From Nitrospirota bacterium (GTDB lineage Bacteria > Nitrospinota_A > UBA7883 > JACRGQ01): a stretch of 64,000 nucleotides of DNA. The first letter of the stretch is position 1; the number at the start of each line of letters is the position of its first letter. Of this stretch, positions 11,687 through 21,838 are shown in pieces. The position numbers and the translations under genes are program-made. The stretch covers positions 69,346 to 133,345 of the forward strand of contig JAJRYD010000004.1 of assembly GCA_024275955.1 (NCBI GenBank), written 5' to 3'. The notes under the pieces were generated by a model, which worked only from the letters and a program-made list of their open reading frames with translations, was not told where the DNA came from and ran no database searches.

Positions 11687-13657
11687 TCACTCCGGCGGGA
11701 TGACGCGGTTGTCTCTTATCAAGTCGGAACTGAACTTCACATACTCCTGCAGAGATTTAATAAGTTTTGCGCTCTTTGCCTTACTCTCCCCCGCGATATT
11801 TTTGGTTTTATCTTTTGAAATATTATAGAGGGCGAGGCTCTTTTCAAGGTCTGACAAAAGCATGTAGTCATCCTCTTGGTATACAAAAAGATCGCCTCGC
11901 GGAAGTACCGCCTTTCTTTTCCCCACAGAAAAAAGCGACTTGCCCCACGAGGTAAACGGGGAACTACTCTGCATAATATCCATAATGGTCGGGAAAATAT
12001 CGAGCTGTGTCGCCACGCCCGAAAACCGGCCAGCCTTCACAATATCCGGCGCGTAGAACAGCATAGGCACCGAGTAAGATTCGTAAAGCGAGCCGCTGGT
12101 CGACTCCCCTTCGGCATGATCCCCAACGATAACGAAAATGGTGTTACGAAAATAATCGGACTCCTCGGCTTTTTTGAAAAACCGTGCCAAAGCCCAATCG
12201 GAATATTTAAGCGAATTGAGAAACGGCGCGAACGCCACAGAGTCATCAAATTTTTTAAAAGCCCCTTTATCGGGAAAACTGTACGGCGAATGGGAGGTAA
12301 GCGAAAAGACTACCGCCGCAAACGGTTTTTTAGATTTTTTAAATTCCTCGTCCGCGCGTCCGAAAATAAACTCGTCGTATATCCCCCACACTGGATCGTT
12401 ATTCTCTTTCGTAAGCTCGAAATCGTCCCTTGATATATGGTTTAAAAACCCAAGCCTTTTAGCAAGCCCGTCAAAACCCATCGACCCCGGCCTAGCGCCA
12501 TGAATAAAAAACGTATCGTATCCGCGCTTTAAAAAAAGAGACCCGATAGGCAAAAAGCGGGTCTGGTACAAAAGCCCTCCCTGCCCAAGCACCATCCCTT
12601 TCCATACAGGAAGCGAACCCATTATAGCCGCAAGCCCTTCTATCGACCTTTGGGCGTTGGCAAGCGCGTTGGTTGCCAAAAACCCTTTGGCTGAAAGAGC
12701 GTCGAAATTCGGCAAAGCGGAATATTGCCCGCCAAGCTTTTTTGAAAACTTGGCGGACCAGCTCTCCATTACAAAAATCACCACATTGTAGCGGCGCGCC
12801 TCCTCTGGAAAGTAATCGAAACTTCTCGCAAGCGGATAGCTATCGTCTACCGTCTCCCTTTCGCCGTCAACAAGGCTTTTGAAAAATTGTTCCCTATTTT
12901 CCGGCAAGACCGGCAAAGAGTCGAGATAAGCAAAACCTCCTTCCCCCTTATAGCTCCTGTAGACGGTACTAAAGGTGGTATAAAGCCCGTTAAGGCTAAG
13001 GATGCCAAGCTCCACGTTTTCGTCCTGAAAAGCATTTTTTACGCCAAGCGGCTTCATCTGCAAACCGCCTCTGATAAAAACAACGCTTAAAAGTAGAATC
13101 ACGGCCAACGCTATAGGGCCGGACACAACATCCTTTTGATGGTCTAACATAAGAGCCCTTTTCTTTTTGCGCAGAAAAAAAGAGACAACCCCAAGGAAAA
13201 ACCACGCATAAACGGCAAGCCCAAGCCCGCCTATCAATATCCATGGCAGGTAGCTCTTTACAGCCAGCATCAGCATCACGTCTATATCGCCGGCTACATT
13301 GACTATCTCAAACGTCATATGCCGCTGTACGAACGAGAAATAGGCTACATCCGCAACGTTCCATATTATCAAAAGCAGTTCCCAAAAAAGCATGAGATAA
13401 AGAAGAGGTTTAACCAACCGCATCCGGTTAGGTACGCCTGGGAAAAATATCAAAAGCGTAAAAGGCGAAAGCAAAGTGGCGGCGGTGGAAAAATCGAACC
13501 TTAACCCGCCGAGCATCGCGATAGATATCTGCCAAAATGAAACATTGCTAAAAAGGGCGATGTACTTAAAATAAAAAATAAAGCGGACAACGGTAAGGGC
13601 CGCTACGAAAAGCAAAAGCAAAGAGAGGAAAAACGAAACCCTTTTCCAAAAACCCAT
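11687..13657 (-). CDS. LTA synthase family / sulfatase-fold membrane protein
   Basis: N-terminal TM helices with GLRFD and IRGG; NVVIFVMES, TSHSPY, VGDH. Confidence 0.88.
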   Translation of the reverse strand: MGFWKRVSFFLSLLLLFVAALTVVRFIFYFKYIALFSNVSFWQISIAMLGGLRFDFSTAATLLSPFTLLIFFPGVPNRMRLVKPLLYLMLFWELLLIIWNVADVAYFSFVQRHMTFEIVNVAGDIDVMLMLAVKSYLPWILIGGLGLAVYAWFFLGVVSFFLRKKKRALMLDHQKDVVSGPIALAVILLLSVVFIRGGLQMKPLGVKNAFQDENVELGILSLNGLYTTFSTVYRSYKGEGGFAYLDSLPVLPENREQFFKSLVDGERETVDDSYPLARSFDYFPEEARRYNVVIFVMESWSAKFSKKLGGQYSALPNFDALSAKGFLATNALANAQRSIEGLAAIMGSLPVWKGMVLGQGGLLYQTRFLPIGSLFLKRGYDTFFIHGARPGSMGFDGLAKRLGFLNHISRDDFELTKENNDPVWGIYDEFIFGRADEEFKKSKKPFAAVVFSLTSHSPYSFPDKGAFKKFDDSVAFAPFLNSLKYSDWALARFFKKAEESDYFRNTIFVIVGDHAEGESTSGSLYESYSVPMLFYAPDIVKAGRFSGVATQLDIFPTIMDIMQSSSPFTSWGKSLFSVGKRKAVLPRGDLFVYQEDDYMLLSDLEKSLALYNISKDKTKNIAGESKAKSAKLIKSLQEYVKFSSDLIRDNRVIPPE

Positions 13658-13661
13658 AGCT

Positions 13662-14579
13662 TTATCTGTAAACCGTCAGACTGCCGGCATCGGAAATCTC
13701 AAAACTGCTTTCGCCGTCAAAAAGGTGAGAATAATCTTCGCCGTCCAGCTGTACCGGCGGAGGCGAATCGAACGAGAGCTTTAAAGGAACATCGCTCGAC
13801 ACGGCATCGGCCTTAAAAAAAACTCGCCCAAAAAACGGCCTATTAAGCATAAGCTTCGCCACGGCAAACCTTGTTTGCGCAAAAAGCAGTTCCAGCCGGC
13901 CGTCGTCATGCTTCCCGTTTTCGGAAAAACGAGCACCGCCGGCGTAGCTCTTAAGGTTGGAAAAGATAATGTTAAAGCTCTCCCCTTTGTCGGTTTTAAG
14001 CATCTTTCTGTAAAAGAGGAACGACGGCAAACCGTAAAGAAACCAAAGAAACATTTTGAACAGAGGTATTTTCATTAAAAATGAATCTTTATACCCCGCT
14101 ACCCCTTTCTCGTACTTGCCTACGACAAAAGCATCGAAACCAAACCCGATAAAACCAGCGAAGTACGCTTTGCCGTTGACGCAAAAGATGTCGAGATCCT
14201 CTCTTTCGGGGTTACCGGCTACCTTTTTCAAAAGCTCTGCCAGAGGCCTCGGCTTAAAGCCGAGGCTCCTCCAGAGGTCGTTGCCGGTGCCTACCGGAAA
14301 GATAGAGACCGCCCCCTTGTACGAAAGTTTTTTCAAAACATTTACAACATGGTGAACCGTGCCGTCGCCTCCGCAAATGAGCAAAACGTCGCACTCAGCT
14401 ATCGCCTTTTCGCACCACGAGGTATTGCCACCTTTTTCCGTAAACCCGATGAAGGAGACCACGCCTTCAAGCGACGCGTCGTTTTTGACAGCTGTCTCGA
14501 TTTCGCTTTTAAGCGTGGCTCCTCTGACGTTACCGGCAAACCTGTTTATGAGAACCGATACCTTCCTTAAAGAACCCAA
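13662..14579 (-). CDS. Diacylglycerol kinase family lipid kinase
   Basis: GGDGT, PVGTGNDL, GFGFDA, DDGRLE, QLDGE. Confidence 0.9.
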   Translation of the reverse strand: MGSLRKVSVLINRFAGNVRGATLKSEIETAVKNDASLEGVVSFIGFTEKGGNTSWCEKAIAECDVLLICGGDGTVHHVVNVLKKLSYKGAVSIFPVGTGNDLWRSLGFKPRPLAELLKKVAGNPEREDLDIFCVNGKAYFAGFIGFGFDAFVVGKYEKGVAGYKDSFLMKIPLFKMFLWFLYGLPSFLFYRKMLKTDKGESFNIIFSNLKSYAGGARFSENGKHDDGRLELLFAQTRFAVAKLMLNRPFFGRVFFKADAVSSDVPLKLSFDSPPPVQLDGEDYSHLFDGESSFEISDAGSLTVYR

Positions 14580-14894
14580 CTAAAATTCCTCATCCATACA
14601 GGCTAAAATAGTACCATCACGCGAATAGCGACGCAAAGACGTGGCACTGGCCCCCGCAAGTGGTAGATATAATTTACGGGAACTGCATAAGCATTTGTGC
14701 CAGACGCACCGCTGTCGCCTATGGCAATGCGCTAGTTGCGAACAAATAAACTAATCGACAATAAAGGCGTAGAAAGAACAGGCATAGCTGGAATTTTTGG
14801 GAACTACGGGAATTTTTGTTTATCGCCAGCGAGAATTGGCTCCACGCCCTAGCGTGGTTGCAGGTTGGGCGAATATGCAGTTAAATCTATTGCC

Positions 14895-15578
14895 ATGTTT
14901 TCAAAAGATGCAAACGGTAATGGAGAATCTGCCTACCGTCAGCCCCGCCTGATGATGGTAAAAAACCAGCTGGAGGCAAGGGGGATAAGAGACAAGCAGG
15001 TGCTAAAAGCTATGCGTGAATTGCCGCGACACCTTTTTGTGCCGGAAGCGTTCCGCCTAAAAGCATACGACGACTCGGCGCTACCGATAGGCGAAGAGCA
15101 GACTATCTCCCAGCCGTACATGGTTGCCGTAATGACAGAACTGCTGGAACTGACAGGAACCGAGAAAGTGCTGGAAATAGGGACAGGTAGCGGCTACCAG
15201 ACAGCGGTTTTGGGCAAGGTGGCGATGCAGGTATACTCTGTTGAAAGGATACAAAAACTGCTGGTAAACTCGCGCAGACTGCTGGAGAATCTTGGATATA
15301 CCAACTGCGCGCTGAAGGTTTTTGACGGTACGCTTGGCTGGAGCGATTTTGCCCCGTACGACGCGATAATTATCACCGCCGGCGGGCCGGAACTGCCAAA
15401 ACCACTTTTGGATCAGTTAAAAACCGGCGGTAAGCTGGTGATGCCGATAGGCGGCATGGGAGGACAGATTTTGCGCAAGTTTGTAAAAACGCCAAGCGGA
15501 ACGAGAGAGACAAAGCATACCGCATGCACTTTCGTTAAACTGGTGGGCGAATACGGCTGGAAGGAAAACGGTAAATGA
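14895..15578 (+). CDS. pcm: Protein-L-isoaspartate O-methyltransferase (start uncertain; ORF open from 14865)
   Basis: QTISQPY, VLEIGTGSGY, APYDAIIITAG. Confidence 0.95.
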   Translation: MFSKDANGNGESAYRQPRLMMVKNQLEARGIRDKQVLKAMRELPRHLFVPEAFRLKAYDDSALPIGEEQTISQPYMVAVMTELLELTGTEKVLEIGTGSGYQTAVLGKVAMQVYSVERIQKLLVNSRRLLENLGYTNCALKVFDGTLGWSDFAPYDAIIITAGGPELPKPLLDQLKTGGKLVMPIGGMGGQILRKFVKTPSGTRETKHTACTFVKLVGEYGWKENGK

Positions 15579-16621
15579 CAGATAAAAACAAAGTTACCTA
15601 CAAAGATTCCGGTGTCGATATAGACGAGGGGAAGAAATCGGTCGAGCTGATAAAAAAAGCTGTCGCCTCTACCCACTCGCCGGCTGTACTTGCCGGTGTG
15701 GGAGCTTTTGGCGGGCTTTTCGACCTTTCCCAAATCGTAAAGGAATATAAAAACCCTGTACTGGTGCAAAGTATCGACGGTGTCGGCACCAAGCTGATGA
15801 TTGCGACGATGATGAACGACCATACAACCATAGGGCTAGACATAGTCAACCACGGTTGCGGCGACATCCTCTGCCAGGGCGCGAAGCCGTATACCTTTCT
15901 CGACTATGTGGCGATGTCTAAGCTATCGTCCAAGCAGATGGAAGAGATAGTGGGCGGTATGGCAAAAGCGTGCCGCGAGGCGGGAGTTGCTATACTAGGC
16001 GGGGAGACGGCGGAACTGCCCGGCATGTACAGAGATGATGAATACGACGTAGCCGGAATAATGACAGGCATTGTGGAAAAGGAAAAAATAGTAGACGGCA
16101 GTAGAATAAAGTCTGGCGACATCCTTATAGGCCTTGCCTCTAACGGACTGCATACCAACGGCTATACGCTTGCGAGAAAAGTTTTTTTCGATGTTGCCGG
16201 TTTATGCGTTGACGACAGGCCGGACGGTTTTGACGATACTGTGGGCAAAACTTTGCTTACGCCTCATACAAACTACGCGCCTGCCGTACTAGCGTTCCTA
16301 GAAAGAGAGGCTGTACACGGAATGGCGCATATAACCGGAGGCGGAATAAAGGAAAACTTGGCGAGGGTTTTACCAAGAGGGGTAACGGCTGAGATTAAAA
16401 GAGATAGCTGGGACAGCCTGCCTGTTTTCGATTTTATAAAGAAAAAAGGGAACGTACCGCAAGACGATATGGAGCGCACCTTTAACATGGGGGTAGGGTT
16501 CATACTCGCTGTCGATAAAGCTACCGCGCGAAAAGCTTTGAGCTTTTTCAATAAAAACCGGCACAAAGCTTTTGAAATCGGCGTTATTGCTACCGGTAAA
16601 AAGTCGGTGATTCTTTCGTAA
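15575..16621 (+). CDS. purM: Phosphoribosylformylglycinamidine cyclo-ligase
   Basis: YKDSGVD, DGVGTK, GGETAE, GLHTNG, HITGGG, TFNMG. Confidence 0.97.
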   Translation: MTDKNKVTYKDSGVDIDEGKKSVELIKKAVASTHSPAVLAGVGAFGGLFDLSQIVKEYKNPVLVQSIDGVGTKLMIATMMNDHTTIGLDIVNHGCGDILCQGAKPYTFLDYVAMSKLSSKQMEEIVGGMAKACREAGVAILGGETAELPGMYRDDEYDVAGIMTGIVEKEKIVDGSRIKSGDILIGLASNGLHTNGYTLARKVFFDVAGLCVDDRPDGFDDTVGKTLLTPHTNYAPAVLAFLEREAVHGMAHITGGGIKENLARVLPRGVTAEIKRDSWDSLPVFDFIKKKGNVPQDDMERTFNMGVGFILAVDKATARKALSFFNKNRHKAFEIGVIATGKKSVILS

Positions 16622-16698
16622 AGGCTTTGGCTTTGACTTTTAGATGATATCGGGTCTAATAAAGGCTCCGATGATAAAGAGTTTTTAGAGGAGTTTTT

Positions 16699-17514
16699 AT
16701 GCTTAAAATCGCCGTTACGGGATGTGCCGGCAGAATGGGCCGTGAGATATCGAGCGCTATTTACTCCACAGACGGCGTTGAGCTTGCGGGAGGCACCGAA
16801 GTGTCGAACAGCTACGCTATAGGGCAAGGTGTTTTCATGCTCGCGGGCGCTGGGAGCGGCGGGCCGGCTGTAGTAGACGACCTCTCTAAAATTATTGACG
16901 ATATAGATATAGTTATAGACTTTACCTCGCCGGTCGCGACGATGAAGCATTTCGACCTTCTGGCCGATAATGGAAAATCTATCGTTATAGGAACCACAGG
17001 CCTGTCGCCGGCGATGAAAGACCATATGCACTCCCGCGCTGGCGATATTAGATGCGTCTTCGCTCCGAACATGAGCGTGGGGGTTAACGTCATGTTCAGG
17101 CTGGTAGCGGAAGCTGTCAAGATTATCGGGAAAGAGTACGACATGGAGATAATCGACATACACCATAATAAGAAAAAAGATGCCCCCTCCGGCACAGCAG
17201 AGAGGCTTGCCGAGATATGCGCAAAAGGCGCGGAGCGCGACCTTGAAAAGGTAGCTGTTTACGGCAGACATGGAGAAACCGGCGAGCGGACAAAGGACGA
17301 AATAGGGATAATGACCTTGCGGGCCGGAGATGTCGTTGGAGAACACACTGTTATTTTTGCAGGCCCAGGCGAAAGAGTGGAGATAACACATAAGGCAGGT
17401 AGCAGGATGAACTTCGCGAACGGTTCGGTGTGCGCGGCGAAGTGGCTGGCAGGCAAGGAGCCTGGCATCTATGATATGCAGGATGTTCTCGACCTTAAGA
17501 TAGAAGAGGCCTGA
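16699..17514 (+). CDS. dapB: 4-hydroxy-tetrahydrodipicolinate reductase
   Basis: GCAGRMG, IDFT, GTTG, HHNKKKDAPSGTA. Confidence 0.97.
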   Translation: MLKIAVTGCAGRMGREISSAIYSTDGVELAGGTEVSNSYAIGQGVFMLAGAGSGGPAVVDDLSKIIDDIDIVIDFTSPVATMKHFDLLADNGKSIVIGTTGLSPAMKDHMHSRAGDIRCVFAPNMSVGVNVMFRLVAEAVKIIGKEYDMEIIDIHHNKKKDAPSGTAERLAEICAKGAERDLEKVAVYGRHGETGERTKDEIGIMTLRAGDVVGEHTVIFAGPGERVEITHKAGSRMNFANGSVCAAKWLAGKEPGIYDMQDVLDLKIEEA

Positions 17515-17559
17515 TAGGCGTTTAGCCCTATCTAAAAAACTGATGCATGGAGAGCTGGT

Positions 17560-18021
17560 ATGGGGATAGCAGAATATATAAAACCGGAGAACATAGTTCT
17601 AAACATAGGGCCAACTTCAAAAGCCGAAATTTTTAAGACACTCTCCTCCACCTTCGCTATCAGCGGCATGCTTGATGACAGCGGGGTGGAAGAGCTTGTG
17701 AGAAAACTAGAAGAACGGGAAAGCATGAGTACCACAGGGGTCGGCAAAGGAATAGCCATCCCTCACGCGTCGATAGATTCTATAGAAGAAACCGTAATTG
17801 CTGTTGGGGTCGCCCCTGAGGGGGTAGACTTCTCATCTGTGGATGGAAAACCGGCGACAGTTATTTTTATGATAATCGGATCGAAGTCTGTCCCGCATCA
17901 GCATATACAGATATTGGCAAAGATAGTGCGGCTTTGTAAAAAAGAAGAGCTGATGAAAAAAATTCGCGGTGGAAGCAGTGCGGAAGAGGTGCTGGATGCT
18001 ATACGAATGCTGGACAACTAA
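17560..18021 (+). CDS. PTS EIIA component (PtsN/fructose-mannitol type)
   Basis: ERESMSTTGVGKGIAIPHA containing the phosphorylatable His. Confidence 0.9.
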   Translation: MGIAEYIKPENIVLNIGPTSKAEIFKTLSSTFAISGMLDDSGVEELVRKLEERESMSTTGVGKGIAIPHASIDSIEETVIAVGVAPEGVDFSSVDGKPATVIFMIIGSKSVPHQHIQILAKIVRLCKKEELMKKIRGGSSAEEVLDAIRMLDN

Positions 18022-18363
18022 ATGGAACTGCTCATTTGCGTTATAAACAAATCGGAACTGCTGGACGAGGTGTTGGCAGGGCTTCTGGAAGCCGGCATAA
18101 CAGGCTGTACTGTCATAGAGTCGCAAGGTATGGGCAAAATAATCTCGCAGGATATACCTATTTTTTCCGGCTTTACATCTCTTTTTGCCGGAGCGAGAAA
18201 ATCGAACTACACCATTTTTTCCGTGATAAAAGACAAAGGGCTGACCGATGAAGCTATCAAGGTTATACAGGATATCTACGGAAACTTCGACGGGGCGAAT
18301 ACCGGCATCCTCTTCACCATTCCTATCAACCGCTGCGAAGGGCTTTCGCAAGGGCTTGCCTAG
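18022..18363 (+). CDS. PII-like (GlnB-fold) protein
   Basis: 113 aa; AGITGCTVIESQGMG and GILFTIP match the PII superfamily; no canonical GlnB T-loop Tyr motif. Confidence 0.7.
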   Translation: MELLICVINKSELLDEVLAGLLEAGITGCTVIESQGMGKIISQDIPIFSGFTSLFAGARKSNYTIFSVIKDKGLTDEAIKVIQDIYGNFDGANTGILFTIPINRCEGLSQGLA

Positions 18364-18429
18364 CGCCTCTTTGGTGCCTCTTTTTGTTTCGCCCTGTTTA
18401 ACCTGCCGTAAAAACTGGGAAGAAACCTG

Positions 18430-19614
18430 ATGCTGGCGATACTAGGGCTTGTAATAATAATCACCATAGGCTGGCTTGGCTCTATCTATATCTTTTCCAA
18501 GGAAAAACTTCCAACATCGCTTAGATACCTTTTCTTTTCCGGCTGGGAGTTCATACTTATAGGAATAGCGATGGGGCCTTACGCTCTAGATCTTTTCCCG
18601 CTGGAAATAATTCTCCAGCTTGATCCTCTGGTTCATCTGGGGCTTGGGTGGGTAGGGCTTTTTATCGGCCTGCAACTTAAATGGAAAGACCTTAACAGGC
18701 TACACCCGGAGCATTTCCTTGTTACCACGCTTCAGTCTGTTTTTACCGGCCTTCTTGTAGCTATGGTTTCTTGGCCTATCCTTGAGCATTTTTTTCAAAT
18801 AAACGAAAACACCCTTCCGATAGCGGTAACTATACTCGCCGCTTCCGCCGCCCTTTCCTCTCCCACCGTGGTTTTTCTTTTAAGCAGGGAGACAGGGTTC
18901 AAGGATGAGGTTATCAGGCTTTTACAGATGATAACAAACCTTGACGGAGTGATATCTATACTTGCCGTTGGGATAGGGTTTACACTGCTAAGGCCGGAAG
19001 CCGCCGGAATAAAAGTTCTTATCCTAATTTCACAGCCTCTTATTGTCGGATGCGCGCTTGGGTACCTCTTCTATCTTATCCCCCATAAAAAACTTTCGGA
19101 AAATGAAACGCTTGTCGTCATTATAGGCTTTTTGCTTTTCAGTAGCGGAGCCGGCGGAATGCTTCAGGTCTCGCCTCTTTTTTTGAACATGATAATAGGA
19201 ATATTCCTCGCCAACAGCCTCCCTAAAAACGACCCGTTCTACGCCGCTATAATAAATCTGGAAAAGCCGATGTATGTGGTACTTCTCATAATCTCCGGGC
19301 TTCTCTTTACCGTTCCAGGCAAAGGCGCGTTACTACTTGCCTTTGCAATTATAACCGTAAGACTTGGGGCGAAATTCTTTTTCATTTCCAACATAGCTCC
19401 GCGGATCGACCCACATTTAAAGTTCCCGCCAAAGACAGGGCTTGCCCTTGCATCGCAGGGAGCTATGGCTTTGGTTGTAGGTCTTGCTTTCCTATCATCC
19501 AACCCCGGCACACTTGCGAAAAATATTTTTTCGGTTATCGTGGTTTGCGTTATGGCTAACGAAATAATAGCCCCGTACCTTGTTTCGCATGTCTTCAAGA
19601 AAGCCAAACAATGA
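18430..19614 (+). CDS. Cation:proton antiporter family membrane protein 1
   Basis: About 12 hydrophobic segments; GLQL, SSPT, EKPMY, GLALASQG. Confidence 0.75.
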   Translation: MLAILGLVIIITIGWLGSIYIFSKEKLPTSLRYLFFSGWEFILIGIAMGPYALDLFPLEIILQLDPLVHLGLGWVGLFIGLQLKWKDLNRLHPEHFLVTTLQSVFTGLLVAMVSWPILEHFFQINENTLPIAVTILAASAALSSPTVVFLLSRETGFKDEVIRLLQMITNLDGVISILAVGIGFTLLRPEAAGIKVLILISQPLIVGCALGYLFYLIPHKKLSENETLVVIIGFLLFSSGAGGMLQVSPLFLNMIIGIFLANSLPKNDPFYAAIINLEKPMYVVLLIISGLLFTVPGKGALLLAFAIITVRLGAKFFFISNIAPRIDPHLKFPPKTGLALASQGAMALVVGLAFLSSNPGTLAKNIFSVIVVCVMANEIIAPYLVSHVFKKAKQ

Positions 19615-20912
19615 AGCACCTGCTGGCATTAATCATCCTTTACCTGATAATGGCGTCACTTACCTTCTTTGTCGGGAGTTTGCCGGCCGACAGCCCGCTT
19701 TTTACCTCTACCGTTCTTGGGTTCCTTATGCTTGCCTCGCTCTTTCTTGGAAAGGTTGTCGGAAAAGCAGGGCTACCGCTTATAACAGGTTATCTTTTTT
19801 GCGGTATGCTTTTTGGCCCATGGGGAATAGAGCTGTTCAGCACGGAAGATGTTAAAAGGCTCGGCTTTATTAACCATCTGGCTCTCGCGTTGATAGCGCT
19901 CTCGGCCGGAGCCGAGCTGAAACTAGGCTCTATAAAAAAGCTTTTGAAAAAGATTATCGCCATTTCCGTTTCTCAGATGACAATTATTTTCGCTGGCGTT
20001 TCTACAACTTTTTATTTCATCTTTCAATCCGGCAGGTTCGACATAGTCCCTCAAGGGGATATAGCTTTGTATGCCGCTATCATCCTCGGCGTGATAGCAA
20101 CCGCGAACTCTCCAAGCTCCGTCGTAGCTATAATCGGAGAACTAAAGGCGCACGGCCCAGTATCGCAAACGGTACTTTCCGTTTCGGTTATTAAGGATGT
20201 TTTTGTAATAGCTCTGTTCGCTTTTGTCGTCTCTTTCATACTATCGTCATCCGGCGGGCTGGTTACCGTATCGGCAGTCGAAACTTTTGGCGCTATCATT
20301 TCGGAAACATTGCTTTCTATGCTGGCCGGAACGGTAATAGGAACTCTGGTTATCGCCTACTTAAAAAGATTCAGAAAAGAACAGCTGTTGTTCATACTAG
20401 GTCTTGCCGTAGTCTGCTCCGCCATAAGCGCCTTTTTGCACCTTAACGAGCTTCTTATGTGCATCATGGTTGGGTTTATCGTCAGAAATTTTTTGGAAGA
20501 GGGAATCGCATTTGAAAAATGGCTGGAAAAAGGCTCTACACCTATTTTTGTCATATTCTTCTCCCTTGCAGGGGCATCTCTCGACCTGAACGCGTTTATG
20601 GAGATGTGGCCTGCGGCTATAATCTATTTCGCGGTCAGGCTGGCGACGGTTTGGGCATCGACCAGTGCCGTAGCCGCCCTATGCAATGAACCGGAAAAAA
20701 TAAAAAAACATCTATGGAGCGGATTCACCCCTCAGGCTGGCGTAAGCTTGGGGCTTGCCACAATAGTTGCCGAACAGTTCCCCGGATGGGGAGAAGGACT
20801 GGTAATATTAATAATGGCAACAATCGTTATAAATCAAATTGTCGGGCCTATAATATTTAAATTTTCACTTCTTGCCTGCGGAGAAGATGGCAAAGACGAT
20901 TACAATAAATAA
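19611..20912 (+). CDS. Cation:proton antiporter (Na_H_Exchanger/CPA2) membrane protein 2
   Basis: LPLITGYL..G..FGP, AGAEL, ATANSP, FFSLAGASL, PQAGVSLGLA, GP. Confidence 0.82.
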   Translation: MKHLLALIILYLIMASLTFFVGSLPADSPLFTSTVLGFLMLASLFLGKVVGKAGLPLITGYLFCGMLFGPWGIELFSTEDVKRLGFINHLALALIALSAGAELKLGSIKKLLKKIIAISVSQMTIIFAGVSTTFYFIFQSGRFDIVPQGDIALYAAIILGVIATANSPSSVVAIIGELKAHGPVSQTVLSVSVIKDVFVIALFAFVVSFILSSSGGLVTVSAVETFGAIISETLLSMLAGTVIGTLVIAYLKRFRKEQLLFILGLAVVCSAISAFLHLNELLMCIMVGFIVRNFLEEGIAFEKWLEKGSTPIFVIFFSLAGASLDLNAFMEMWPAAIIYFAVRLATVWASTSAVAALCNEPEKIKKHLWSGFTPQAGVSLGLATIVAEQFPGWGEGLVILIMATIVINQIVGPIIFKFSLLACGEDGKDDYNK

Positions 20913-20973
20913 AACGGTTCCCATCTCTCTGATAAGAAACAGCCGGAATGCTAACACCTTCCAATAAAAGGGT

Positions 20974-21000
20974 TTAGCTTTTTTGACGGGATTCCGATAA
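20974..21000 (+). promoter_or_regulatory. Possible sigma28 (FliA) promoter of the mot-fli operon
   Basis: TCCGATAA -10-like box at 20993-21000; the -35 match is poor. Confidence 0.3.
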
Positions 21001-21076
21001 GGGGTAATGGCAATATTATCTATATATAGACGCAGGCAGGGTGCCGGCATAACTTAATGAAAAGTAAGGGAATATA

Positions 21077-21838
21077 ATGGATATAGCATCAATAATCGGG
21101 ATTGCTGGTGGAATAGGCCTTATTGTAGCCGCTATCGGCGGAGAGAGCCTTGTCTTCTTCGTTTCAATTCCTTCTGTCCTTATTGTTGGATTAGGAACAT
21201 GTTCAGCCGTGCTGGTCAACTACCCGTTGAAGGAATGCATAGGAGCTATCGTAGTGTTCAAAAAAGCGTTTCTTTTTAAACAAGGCAAGCCGGAGGAGCT
21301 TATACCGATGCTGGTCGATTTTGGCAAGAAGGCTAGAAGCGACGGGATACTGGTCCTTCAAAACGAAGTCGGCAAAATTAACGAACCTTTCATCCTCAAA
21401 GGGATACAGCTTGCCATTGACGGCATGGAACCGCCGACAATAATGAAAATCCTCGAAAATGAAATAGAGTATATGAAGGAAAGGCATAAGGCCGGTTACG
21501 ACATAATACTTTCGTTTGGGACATTCGCGCCGGCGTTCGGGATGATAGGAACTCTCGTAGGTCTCGTGCTTATGCTTCAGCAGATGGACGACCCGTCGAA
21601 AATAGGCCCGGCTATGTCGCTGGCGCTTATCACCACTTTCTATGGAGCTGTGTCTGCCAACCTTGTATTTATGCCTCTTGCCGGAAAACTAAAAAAGATA
21701 AGCACGAACGAAATGCTTATTTACGAACTTGCGCTTGAAGCTATCGTTTCTATCGCTTCTGGTGATAACCCGCGGATAATAGAACAAAAGCTTCATGGGT
21801 TTCTTGCCCCTAAATTTAGAAAGACATCCTTTGACTAA
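21077..21838 (+). CDS. motA: Flagellar stator A subunit (MotA/PomA)
   Basis: KARSDGIL, APAFGMIGTLVGL, ALITTFYG, GDNPR. Confidence 0.95.
   Translation: MDIASIIGIAGGIGLIVAAIGGESLVFFVSIPSVLIVGLGTCSAVLVNYPLKECIGAIVVFKKAFLFKQGKPEELIPMLVDFGKKARSDGILVLQNEVGKINEPFILKGIQLAIDGMEPPTIMKILENEIEYMKERHKAGYDIILSFGTFAPAFGMIGTLVGLVLMLQQMDDPSKIGPAMSLALITTFYGAVSANLVFMPLAGKLKKISTNEMLIYELALEAIVSIASGDNPRIIEQKLHGFLAPKFRKTSFD

Noticed and set aside
16273..17391. 372-aa antisense ORF and the many similar shadow ORFs in the track
   Set aside because: They overlap well-supported genes on the opposite strand or in another frame and show no family motifs.
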